The position numbers were made by a program, and so were the translations under genes. Of a DNA stretch of 64,000 nt, positions 50,001 through 62,103 are shown in pieces (positions within the stretch are counted from its first letter, which is position 1; each line of letters opens with the position of its first letter). The notes beneath the pieces are model-generated. The model was not told the DNA's origin. It was given only the letters and a program-made list of their open reading frames with translations, and did not search any database. The stretch comes from Malacoraja senta (taxonomy: Eukaryota): positions 7,256,001 through 7,320,000 of the forward strand of contig CM075996.1 of the NCBI GenBank assembly GCA_038087875.1, read 5' to 3'.

Positions 50001-50982
50001 ATTGTTCAGCTGTGTGTTTGCAAGAGGAAAAAATCCCCTAAAAGCGATTCTTGGAGGAAATAAGGCCTGAAATTCACATGTAAGGTAATATTAAACCCAC
50101 CTGTGAAAAAATGAATGGGACTAGCGAGAATTTGGATCAATTGAATTTTGTCTATAATGGATTAAGAATATATTAATCACAGTGGGAGCATTGCAGCAGG
50201 GTGAACCTGGCCAAAGAGGGTAGGGTATTGCAGTCTACAACAATCTAGGGCTGTATGTCCTGGGAATCAGTTGTTTTCTACCCATTTCCTCAATTATTAA
50301 GATCCAACTTGGGGGAAATAGGCAGCATCCCCTCCCCTCTCATTTCCACCATTCCCTCTCATCCACCTTAAATCCCCCCCTCCCAGCAGAACACAAACCA
50401 ACACTTGGCATCAATCCACAGTCAACAGGGTAATCAGATCGGGCTCCCACCCTCTTGTTATCTGTGCTTCTGTCTTGTCAACTTTGGGGGCTAAATTTAT
50501 GATTTTTAAAAAATTTCTCTGAAGGTTTTTAATATTTGCCATGTGCCTCTTGGAAAATTGTCCGTACTTGAAGGTATGCAAGGTATTATGTAGACCGGTC
50601 AAAATATTGAAGAATATGCTTATCTGTATTGCACTTGTAAGAACTGAACCTGTGTTTAAATATTTCTTGAATTATTCATCTTCTGTGCAAATGCCAGATT
50701 TTAAATGGATTTTACTTTTATTTTGCTGTATAGTTTGTTGTGCATTTACCCTGGTTGGTAAAAGGGATGTTACTGTCTGGGAAACACAAAGTTTTTTCTG
50801 TATAGATGTCAAACTCACTCAGCAGTGTTACATGGACTGTAGATGTTTTGCAATGTGTCACAGTCCAAAACTCAGGTGCATCCTTCACTGTGTGATAACT
50901 CTCTTGGTAGCCTATAGTATCCTCACTGAGTAGTGCTGTGGAAATGTTCTGTCCTGAACGTAATTGAAACTGGATTAAGACA

Positions 50983-51219
50983 TGTGCAGGAAGGAACTGC
51001 AGACGCTGGTTTAAACCAAAGATCGATCCAAAAAGCTGGAGTAACTCAGCGGAACAGGCAGCATCTCTGGAGAGAAGAAATGGGCGACGTTTCGGGACGA
51101 GACCCTTCTTCAGACTGGAAGGGTCTCGACCTGAAACGTCATCCATTCCTTCTCTCCAGGAATGCTGCCAGTCCCGCTGAGTTACTCCAGCTTATTGGAT
51201 CGATCTTCGGTTTAAACCA
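50983..51219. mobile_element. Penelope-derived palindrome
   Basis: About 100-bp inverted arms centred near 51115; both arms share the variant GATCGATCCA. Confidence 0.8.
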
Positions 51220-53609
51220 TACTGGGGAAAAGATTCTGACTGTCTACCCTATCTATACTTTCTAATTAAACTCACTGGGAACTGTAGAGCAAAAGCAGTA
51301 ATGTCACTAACTAACGTTTCCGAACCTGAATCCCTATTGAGAAAATTGTGAACTAGATTAGAGGCTGTGTGCATGTCCCACAAAAATGAAATCCTGGAAG
51401 TTGAAAGATTATGAATATAAATTCATTAATATTTTAGACAATAATGGGCACTGATTAGGGAAATCGAAGATGTTTCTGCTGATTGGGATGGAATTTGGAG
51501 ACAACATTACAAAAATGGGCGACAAAATGCTGGAGAAACTCAGCGAGTGAGGCAGCATCTATGGAGCGAAGGAATAGGTGATGTTTCGGGTCAAGACCCT
51601 TCTTACAGTGGTTGGTGGAGGTTTGCAAAATCCCACAAGTGGTAGTTGATGGAGACGCAAAGAACTGCAGACGTTGGAATCTTGAGCAAAACACAAAGTG
51701 CTGGAGGAACTCAGCCAGTAAGGTAATGTGTGGAGGGAGTGGACCGATATTGTTAGATTTTAATACGGGATTAATAGATTTTTGTTAAACTAAAAGTATT
51801 GATAAAGATTGGGTGAAAGTTTTTGCAGTGTTAAGTCAGCCATGATTTTATTGAACCACATAATAGTCATTCTTATTTGTATTTCTTCTTTGTAACTTAT
51901 ATATCTTAATTATATATTGAGACTGCAACTGGAATGTAGTGTGAAGTCAATTCTGCTTTCGACCAGCAAGCATCGATAGAATATAAAATAGTTTAGCATG
52001 AGAACAGGTCCTTCTGTGTACCATTTTTGTGCCGAAAATGTTGCCAAGATGTTTAAGAAGGAACTGCAGATGCTGGAACAATCGAAGGTAGACATAAATG
52101 CTGGAGGAACTCAGCGGGTGAGGCAGCATCTATGGAGCGAAGGAATAGGTGACGTTTCGGGTCGAGACCCTTCTGAAGAAGGGTCTCGACCCGAAACGTC
52201 ACCCATTCCTTCGCTCCATAGATGTTGCCAAGATCATCACTTATCTACCTGCACATAGCCCATGTCCCTCAATTCCCTGCATATCCATGTGCCTATCCAA
52301 AATGCCACTAATGTATCTGCTTTTACCTTTTACCTTTGCCTTCCATCACAGTGAGGAGGAGATTCACTGTGATGGATGTCTGTGTGAATTGAGTTGGTTG
52401 TGTGTCTTGTAAAATTGTTTCTTTTTGTTGTATGGCTGCAGAAACCAAAGTTCCGAACGGAAAAATAAAGTTCATTGTATTGTACCACCATTCCCGGCAG
52501 CACATTCTGGTCTCCCTCTCGAGGGAAGGGTAAACTTGAAGAAGAGGTAGTGCAATGAAGATTTGGCAGACTGATTTCTGGGAAGGATTGTCCTGTGAGG
52601 AGAATTTAGAAGGATGAAAAGTATTCTCATTGCATCAAGCAAAATTCAGACAGGGCTTGACGGGGTAGTTGGAGGGATTTTGGTTCCTGTGGCTGGGATA
52701 TCTGAAATTAGGAATCACAGTCTCAGAATAAAGAGTCAGTTGTTCAGGACTAAACTGAGAAATCTATCCACTCAACAAATGGCATACCAGGCTAAGAGGC
52801 TAAATTGCCTATTACATGTCATCTCTGGGTGCCCGCTCTACCACCCACCAAATGGAGCTCAGGGCCTGGCAGACATTGACGCCAACAGAGACAACACCCG
52901 GCTTGCGATCTAATTATTCCTTTGGTTTATGTTTCATTCGAAAGAAGAAGAAGCCTATTACTGTGCGTTAATATTGTGTTCTTGTGTGTCCGTAAACCTA
53001 CCGTGTCCAGTAGGTATAAGAGGTGGGGGACTGCAGCATCCTGCAGTTCTAAGCCCCGCTAACAACTAATCTCAAAATGGGCAGACTGAAAATGATGAAG
53101 CTCTGGAGCTGAATGTAGAAAGGGCTAAACATCCTGCTCGCTGGGAACAGGTTTTATCAGCACTTTGGAATAAATCTTCCCGTGTAGAACCCATGCAACC
53201 AGCGGGCGGCACAGTGGCGCAGCGGTGGAGTTGCTGCCTCACGGTGCCAGAGACCCGGGTTCACTCTGGACCTCGAGTGTGTTTGTGCGGAGTCTGTACA
53301 TTCTCCCCGTGACCACGTGGCTTTCCTCCTGGTGTTCTGGTTTCCTTCCACACTCCAAAAACATGCAGGGTTGTATGTTAATTGGCTCCTGTAAATTTCC
53401 TCTAAAGTGTACAATGCAAAGATAGACACAAAATGCTGGAGTAACTCAGCGGGACAGGCAGCAAATATGGAGAGAAAGAATGGGTGACGTTTCGGGTCGA
53501 GACCCTTCTTCAGGATGCAAAACTGGGATAACATAGAATTAATGTATCTATGGTTGGTCTGGACTCAGTCGGCTGAAAGGCTTGTTTCCATGCTGTGGAA
53601 CTTTGGAAG

Positions 53610-54340
53610 GGGTAGGATGGGGACTCATAGTCCCGTTTATATCAACGGGTCGATGGTGGAGAGGGTCAAGAGCTTCAAATTCCTGGGCGTGCATATCTCT
53701 GAAGATCTCTCCTGGTCCGAGAACACGGATGCAATTATAAAGAAAGCACATCAGTGCCTCTACTTCCTGAGAAGATTACGGACAGTCGGTATGTCAAGGA
53801 GGACTCTCTCGAACTTCGACAGGTGCACAGTAGAGAGCATGCTGACCGGTTGCATCGTGGCTTGGTTCGGCAACTTGAGCGCACAGGAGCGGAAAAGACT
53901 ACAAAAAGTTGTACACACTGCCCAGGCCATCATCGGCTCTGACCTCCCTACCATCGAGGGGATCTATCGCAGCCGCTGCCTCAAAAAGGCTGCCAGCATC
54001 ATCAAGGACCCACACACCCTGGCCACACACTCATCTCCCCGCTGCCAGGTAGAAGGTACAGGAGCCTGAAATCTGCAACATCCAGGTTCAGGAATAGCTA
54101 CTTCCCCACAGCCATCAGGCTACTAAACTCAACTCATACAAAACTCTGAACATTAATAGCCCATTGCACTTTATCTGTTTATTTATTTGTGTGTATATAT
54201 TTATTCAATGGTATATGGGCACACTGATCTGTATTTATGTCAAGTATATATTCTGTTGTGCTGAAACAAAGCAAGAATTTCATTGTCCTATCTGGGACAC
54301 ATGACAATAAACTCTCTTGAATCTCTTGAATCTTGAATCT
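53610..54340 (+). mobile_element. Rex1/Babar LINE 3' fragment
   Basis: INGSMVERVKSFKFLGVHISEDLSWS..KKAHQ.LYFLRRL..VES.LTGCIVAWFGN; (TCTTGAA)n tail. Confidence 0.88.
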
Positions 54341-55964
54341 GTATCATTAAACTAAAACTAAACCTCCAGCACTGGAAACGGAATCTCTTTCATCTTTGGC
54401 ATAGACTGCACAAACCAAGGCGTTCCTAAGATGTTGATGGGGACACAAGAGACTACAGATGGTGGAATCTTGAATTTAAAAAACCCTCAAAGTGCTGGAG
54501 GAACTCAATGGATCAGACAGCATCTGGGGAGGGAGATGGACAGGTGACGTTCCGGGTCGGTACCCGTCTTCTCCGAGTCTGATGAATCAGTGCCTGAAGA
54601 AGGGTGCTGACCTGAAACATCGGCCTCACCAGATGCTGCCTGAGCTGCCGAGTTCTTCCAGCACCATGCGTTTTTCCCCGTAGATTGAAGTCCATCACCA
54701 TAATAAGCTTTCTAAGTTTGAGGTGTTTGGTTTCAGTTTAACTGGAGGCTTGACTGGAAACAAATGTCTCTTACAATGCATTGACTGTATCGCACTTTTG
54801 CAGAGCCTGACAATGTGATAAGCAATATCGAATTGCCGATCATTTTTACATTAAGTTTAAATAATGTTCCTTTTACTTTTGTCTTGTGTTGATGTTATAT
54901 CTCAGACCGATGCTAATTGATCTTCACGTTGCAATTTAGGATTTGTCCACCAGCTACAGCGCCCTTCAAAAATCAAACTTCACCAAACTCAAGCATCTGC
55001 TGACCAGCACGTCTGAAATATAAACACTAAACTAACGAGTTTACAAGGATGAGGGGAGACCTCATTGAAACTTACCGAATAGTGAAAGGCCTGGATAGAA
55101 TGAACGTGGAGAGGATGTTTCCACGAGTGAGAGACTCAAAGACCAGAGGCCATTCTAGCCTCAGAATAAACCTTTAGAAATGAGATTAGGAGGAATATCT
55201 TTGGAGGGTGGTGAATCTGTGGGATTAATTGCCACAGACGGCTGTGCAGGCCAGGTCAGTGGGTATTTTTAAGGCGGAGATTGGCAGATTCTTGATTAGT
55301 ACGGGCATCAAAGGTTATGGGGAGAAGGCAGGAGAATAGGGTTGAGAGGGAAAGATAGATGTTACATGAATGAATGGCGGAGTAGACTCGATGGGTCGAG
55401 TGACCTAAATCTGCTCCTACATCTTATGAACTTATGAGCAGGGAAGAAGGTTATAAGGCTGTCAACCAAGATGATGACAGTGATCATCATAGTCCAGGGA
55501 ATACTGAAAGAGGACCTTCTGCGTAAAATAAGAACGTTTTCTTCCTGACCGTTGCATTTTGAAGTGGGCACTTAGTGCACCAGCTTTGACTTTAGTGTAT
55601 TCTTACAAGGCCTTCTGTCAGTATTCCTAGTCAGCCCCATAGGCCCAAAGTCCATGTCGACCAAGATGCCCCATCTAAGCTCGTCCCAATTGCCTGTGTT
55701 TGGCCCATATCCCTCCAGACCTCTCCTACCCGTGTACCTGTCCAGGTATCAATGGGCCTGTTCCAGCCCACGGGCCTGTTTCTCTGCTGTACGACCCCCA
55801 TGGCCCTATGACCCAGGAGCTAGGGGGTGGAGAAGTACCACAGAAACAGACCTCTCCTCCTCCCATTGCCTTCCCATTTCTCCTACCACACTCACCGAAT
55901 CTTTGAAGATGTTCTGCACTTTGGCCCTTGGCTTTTCTCCCTAAACAGGATAAGAAGGAATTCA

Positions 55965-56367
55965 TTAGATTCAATGACATTCTTGCTTTGCTTCAGCACG
56001 ACAGAACATAGTAGGCATGAATACAGAGCAGATCAGTGTAACCATATACCATTATATAAATATATACACACATGAATAAATAAACTGATAAAGTGCAAAT
56101 AAACAGATAATGGTCTATTAATGTTCAGAGTTTTGTTTGAGTTGAGTTTAATAGCCTGATGGCTGTGGGGAAGTAGCTATTCCTGAACCTGGACGTTGCA
56201 GTCTTCAGGCTCCTGTACCTTCTACCTGAAGGTAGCCGGGAGATGAGTGTGGGTCCTTGATGATACTGCCAGCCTTTTTGAGGCAGTAATTGCGATAGAT
56301 CCCCTCGATGGAAGGGAGGTCAGAGCCGATGATTGACTGGGCAGTGTTTACTACTTTCTGTAGTCTC
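55965..56367 (-). mobile_element. Rex1/Babar LINE 3' fragment
   Basis: Reverse-complement match to 53895-54310. Confidence 0.8.
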
Positions 56368-56676
56368 ATTATCAATCTCCATTGAGAAACACAGTCATGT
56401 TTCACATCCCTAACAGGCCAGATTGTGTCAAACCGCAAGGTCTGGATGAAAGGGTTAATATCCGTGATGAAGGCCATGAAGTTATATTACATTCGCCAAT
56501 ATCAAACAGGGAATGAAATGTATGTTTTTACTTGGTTAGCCAATACATGATACCAGTTCAGTTTAGTTTATTGTCACGTGTACTGAGGTACAGTGAAACA
56601 TTTTTGTTGTGTGCTAATCAATGTGGTTGACTCTGCTTTTCAGGGGCTGTTAGGCGTGGACATTGATTACCAGTCT

Positions 56677-56967
56677 TAGTTTAGTTTAGAGATACAGCGT
56701 GGAAGCAGGACCTTGGGCCCACCGAGTCTGCGCTAACCAGCGATCCCCGCACACTAGTTCTATCCCACACACTAGGGGCAAGTTGCAGAAGCCCTTCAAA
56801 CCTGCCCTTCCTTGGTATGTGGGAGGCAACCGGAGCACCTGGAGAAAACCCACGCAGGTCACGGGGAGAACGTACAAACTCCGTACAGACAAGCATCCGT
56901 CGTCAGGATTGAACCCGGGTCTCTGGCGCTGTGAGGCAGCAACTATCGCTGCGCCACCGTGCCGCCC
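56677..56967 (-). mobile_element. HE1/V-SINE-like SINE
   Basis: Same family; followed by an opposite-strand partial copy at 56985-57200. Confidence 0.82.
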
Positions 56968-57303
56968 AGTCTTGCCAACAATGTCTTTCTCCGGGTGCTC
57001 CGGTTTCCTCCCACATCCCAAAGACGTGCGGGTTTGTAGGTTAATTGGCCTCTGTAAATTGCCCTCTGTAAATTGCCCTCAGTATGTAGGAAGTGGATGT
57101 GAAAGTGGGATAGCAGAGAACTGTTGTGAATGGGTGATTGATTGTCGGCACAGACTCAGTGGGCCGAAAGGTCTATTTTCGCACTGTATCTCTAACTATA
57201 TGCTGTGAATGAATAAACAGAATCCTTGGTTTTCTTTCAAATTAACTTGATTACAGGTTGCTGCATGTTGGCTTATAGTGAGCCATACCCTTGATCTCAG
57301 CCA

Positions 57304-57748
57304 AATAGACAATAGACAATAGGTGCAGGAGTAGGCCATTCGGCCCTTAAAGCCAGCCCACGCCATTCAATATGATCATGGCTGATCATCCCCAATCAGT
57401 ACCCCGTTCCTGCCTTCTCCCCATATCCCCTGACTCCGCTATCTTTAAGAGTCCTATCTAGCTCTCTCTTGAAAGCATCCAGAGAACCGGCCTCCACCGC
57501 CCTCTGAGGCAGAGAATTCCAGACTCACAACTCTGTGTGAGAAAAAGTGTTTCCTCGTCTCTGTTCTAAATGGCTTACTCCTTATTCTTAAACTGTGGCC
57601 CCTGGTTCTGGACTCCCCCAACATCGGGAACATGTTTCCTGCCTCTAGCGTGTCCAAACCCTTAATAATCTTGTATGTTTCAATAAGATGCCCTCTCATC
57701 CTTCTAAACTCCAGAGTATACAAGCCCAGCCGCTCCATTCTCTCAGCA
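57304..57748 (-). mobile_element. CR1 LINE 3' fragment
   Basis: ORF 57454-57873 includes the CR1 C-terminus; CTATTGT tail. Confidence 0.85.
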
Positions 57749-58009
57749 AATAGTTGTTCTTGCCAGTGTAAACCCAGAGAGTGAGTGTTAGTGGAACATT
57801 TCCCTGCTGCCATCATGTGCGTGGTCCAGTCCTGGTCTCGCCCAGCTAGGGTGAGATCCAAGCTGGGATTCACTGAGCAGGAGTGTTAGGAGCTGAGACT
57901 GATATTGGATGTTTCCCTCCTATCCTTACCCCTTCCTTTGGAGAGGTGAACTCTACTGAGGGCGAAATACTTGCTGAATAGAGGAAGTTTTATATTACAG
58001 ACTGCCCAA

Positions 58010-58291
58010 AGGCGGCACGGTAACGCAGCTAGAGTTGCTGCCTTACAGAGACCCGGGTTCGATCCCAACTATGGGTGCTGTCTGTATGGAGTTGTACATT
58101 CACCCCGTGACCATGTGGGTTTTCTCCAAGATCTTCAGTTTCCTCCCACACTCCAAAGACGTCCAGGTTTGTAGGTTAATTGGCTTGGTATAATTGTAAA
58201 TTGTCCCTAGTGTGGGATAGTGTTAGTGTGCAGGGGTCGTGCTTGGTGGGCCGAAGGGCCCGTTTCCGTGCTGTATCTCTAAACTAAACTA
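58010..58291 (+). mobile_element. HE1/V-SINE-like SINE
   Basis: Same family consensus. Confidence 0.82.
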
Positions 58292-58440
58292 GACTGGTCA
58301 GATTTATGTGCTGATGTGCCATTATAATTTCTGTCGGCACAAAATCCTTGTCCTTTCTCTTTCATCCCCACCACCGTAAACTATTTCTGTACGTTTTCTC
58401 TTGTGATGCCTTGTTACTGTCGCTACGCTTGTCTCCCTTA

Positions 58441-59029
58441 AGGGCCTGTCCCACATGGGCCGTCATTTACGCGACAGGCCGGTAGTGACTGACGCGCGAT
58501 GGTCGAGCGCGTCATCATGCGTCCGCACAGCCGTCTGGAGCGCGTGACGTCATTAGAAGATAGACACAAAATGCTGGAGTAACTGCGGGACCGGCAGCAT
58601 CTCTGGAGAGAAGGAATGGATGATGTTTCGGGTCGAGACTCTTCTTCAGTCTGAAGAAGAGTCTCGACCCGAAACGTCACCCATTGCTTCTCTCCAGAGA
58701 TGCTGCCGGTCCCACTGAGTCACTCCTGCATTTTGTGTCTATCTCCAATCGTCTTGGCCTCTGGGAGTAGGAGTGGGGGCGGATCCGGATCCGCAACGGC
58801 CGTGAGCCCCAGGCCGAGCTCGGCGATCATTTGCCTGCTTCTGCTGCTGTTGGAGGTGAGACGTTGCGCCGTGCCAGGGTCATGTGCCTGTCCCACTTTG
58901 GCCGTCAGTTCCGCGACAGGCCGGTGGTGCGCGAAGATTTAGTACAGGACAAAGTCCACACTCCTCCACACCACTCCATGCCCACACGCTAGCAGGTCGT
59001 GCAAATGACAGCCAAGTGGGACAGGCCCT
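58441..59029. mobile_element. PIF/Harbinger-like MITE with internal TIR copy and nested Penelope-derived palindrome
   Basis: AGGGCCTGTCCCAC...GTGGGACAGGCCCT with a perfect TTA TSD. A second left-end-like copy lies at about 58885 and a nested palindrome at 58555-58745. Confidence 0.82.
58555..58745. mobile_element. Penelope-derived palindrome
   Basis: Arms meet at CTTCTTCAG-t-CTGAAGAAG (centre 58650). Confidence 0.82.
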
Positions 59030-59197
59030 TTAGGGTCTGTTTGCCATGTGGTCTGGTTATGCTTGCAGTGAATGATACCCCGTGGTGCGGGAGCAATGGG
59101 CCAAGATGTGATAAATACGTTTTCTTGATGTTGAAACTTGTCTTGCACTCGACAAAGTAGGCTCCACAGAGTACTTTGTACATTTCTCATTCTCCAT

Positions 59198-59495
59198 TTT
59201 TAGTTTAGTTTAAGAGATACAGCGCGGAAACAGGCCCTTCGGCCCACCTAGCCCGTGCCGACCAGCGATCCCTGCACACTATTACGCCATCCTACACACT
59301 GGGGACAATTTTTAACAAGTCAGTTAGCCTACAAACCTGGACGTCTTTGGAGTGTGGGAAGAAACCGGGGATTCTGGAGAAAACCCACGCAGGTCACGGG
59401 TTGAGCGCACAAACTCCGTACTGGCAGCACCCATAGTCAGGATCGAACCTGGATCCCTGGCGTTATAAGGCAGCAGCTCTACCGCTGCGTTACTG
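59198..59495 (-). mobile_element. HE1/V-SINE-like SINE
   Basis: Same family consensus. Confidence 0.82.
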
Positions 59496-62067
59496 TGGCG
59501 GAAATGTTACTACACTTGTCTCCCTTAGATCTGTCAGGCATGATGCCTTGTTATGCTTGCTGTGAATGGTCTGGGCGGAATGGGCCAAGATGTGACAAAT
59601 ACATTTTCCTGCTGTTCAAACTTCTCTTGCATTCGGAAAAAGTAGGTGCTACAGAGTACTTGGAATGAAGAGGTATCGCGAACGGTTGGTTCTATCCCTT
59701 CATTCACCTCCTTCCTCTACTGCGGACTCTTAAGTGATGCCTTGCCTCCAATATCTTACTGCAGTGGCCTTTTTCCAGATGGAAGCCCAGGTCAAGAGAA
59801 TGGATGCTGTGGTGGACTTGCAGGCTTTTGTCATGATTGGTGACAGGGACATGGTTAGATCTCTAACCGTGGTTGCTTCTCCTTCCGTGTCCCTGGGTTC
59901 GTTCCTGACTACAGGTCCTGTCTCTCTACAGAGTTTGTACATTCTGTGACTGAGGTTTCCTCCCACACTCCAAAGACGTACAGCTTTGTAGGTTGTTTAA
60001 GAAGGAACTGCGGATGCTGGAAAATCGAAGGTAGACAAAAAGTGCTGGAGAAACTCAGCGGGTGAGGCAGCATCTATGGCGCGAAGGAAATAGGCAACGT
60101 TTTGGGTCGAGACCCTTCTTCAGACTGAAGATTTCGATCTGAGGAAGGGTGTCAACCCGAAACGTTGCCTATTTCCTTCACTCCATAGATGCTGCCTCAC
60201 CCGCTGAGTTTCTCCAGCATTTTTGTCTACCTCAGGTTTGTAGGTTAATTGGTTTCAGTGAATGTTGTAAATTGTCTGTAGTCTGTAGGATAGTGCTAGT
60301 GCACGGGGTGAATGTTGGTTGGCGCGGACTCATTGGGCTGAAGGGCTCCGTACCTCTAAAGTCTAAAGCAAGGTCTAAAGTACCTGCCTCAACTACCTCC
60401 TCTCGTCGCTCATTCCATGTACCCGCCACCCTCTGAGTGGGAAAAAGCTGCCCCTCAGGTTCCTATTAAATCTTGCCCTTCTCACCTTAAACCTGCATCC
60501 TATGTATGGCATAAACCTCATGGGCATCATGTTGAGTGTAGGAAGCAGATGCAATAAACTCTGGATGTATTTACTCCAATATTGCCAAGTTAAAGAAGCC
60601 GACAGGCTAGTCTATTCAGATTTGATTAACACAGCAGTAGTCTTGCGTTTAAAACTACACTGAAAGTTGCTATTTTTAAGCGGTGAGATTAAATTGTAAA
60701 TATCTCTAGGTCAGACAGATGTTTCCAGATGGTGAGGCCATGAAGCCGTAAATATATAATAGTCACTCATTAATCAAACAAATAATTCAAGAGATAGATT
60801 CTTTATCCCTGTGTGGTTAGTTCAGTTTTGTTTCGAGATACAGCATTGAAACAGGCCCTTCGGCCCACTGAGTCCACGCCAGTCATCGATTCACGCTAGT
60901 TTAATGTTACCCCACTTTCTGACTCCCTCCACACTAGGAGCAATTTACAGAAGCCAATCAACCTTCAAACCCCACGCGTCCGGGATGTGGGAGGAAACCG
61001 GAGCACCCAGAGGAAACCCACACGGTCCCAGGGAGAACGTACAAACAGAGAGCACCTGAGGTCCATTTACCAGTCCGTTTGGCAGTAGTTGGAGTCAATT
61101 AAACACTTAAATGGCATTTAGATAGGCCAAGTGAGATAGAAAAGAATAGAAGGCCTTGCTAATGGATGAGTTGAAATCCAAACTAACATGGAGCAGATGA
61201 GCATGGCCAAGTCAAGAGTGTTTTATTGTCATATGTCCCAGATAGAACAATGACATTCTTGCAGCAGTACAAATGAATATGTAAACATAGTACACTGTAA
61301 ACAATATAATAAACGAGAAACAAAAAACCTCAGTGTGTGTATATATACATATTTACACATAGATATATGTCTAAGAAAGACACAAAAAGCTGGAGTAACT
61401 CAGCGGGACAGGCAGCATCTCTGGAGAGAAGGAATGGGTGACGTCTCGGGTCGAGACCCTTCAGATCTATGCCTATGTAGTTCAGAGCTTAGATGGAGGT
61501 TGTAGTGTTTCATAACCTAATGGCTGTTGGGGAGAAGCTGTTCCTGAATGTGGACGTTACGGTTTTCAGGCTCCCGATGGCAGGGGTGAAATGGTGTGTG
61601 GCCAGGGTGGTGTGGGTCTCTGATGATGCTGGCTGCCTTTGTGAGGCAGCGACTCCTGTAAATCCCTTTGAGGTCAGAGCCCGTGATGGGCTGGGCAGTG
61701 TTCACCACTTTTACAGTGCGGTTGTTTCAATGCCGTTTTCCGTCATTATTTGTCACGGGTTTTATTCAGCGATTTATCTCATTTTTCTTTCATCCATTTT
61801 CTCCTGTGCTCTCTGGAGGTTGCTGGCAGCAGTGGGTTCTGAAGCCTCAGTCAAATAAAGATCTCCTACCTGTGAGACGTTAGAGCCATTTGAAAATAAG
61901 GTATATCACAGTGTACCTACACTGAATGCCTGCAGACATATTTTTCCATGCTATGGAAACAAGGGACTGCAGATGCTGGTTAATACACATGGGCATAAAG
62001 TGCTGGAGTAACTGCAGGTCGGGCAACATCTCTGGAGAACATGGATAGGTGACGTTTCGGGTCGAGA

Positions 62068-62103
62068 CGGTCTGAAGAAGGGTCTCGGCCCGAAACGTCA
62101 CCG
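62068..62103 (+). ncRNA. Minimal type I hammerhead-ribozyme-like motif (representative copy)
   Basis: cggt-CTGAAGA-a-gggtc-tc-ggccc-GAAAC-GTC-accg gives a 4-bp stem I, a stem II hairpin, a palindromic ACGT stem III and a GUC cleavage triplet. Activity is untested. Confidence 0.5.

Noticed and set aside
55443..55526. Exon-like frame EEGYKAVNQDDDSDHHSPGNTERGPSA*
   Set aside because: No polypyrimidine acceptor (it follows directly on a CR1 tail) and I cannot assign it to a protein; a BLASTX or RNA-seq check is needed.
59760..59835. Possible exon ttttccag|ATGGAAGCCCAG
   Set aside because: The acceptor is plausible but the donor is weak and the peptide unrecognised.
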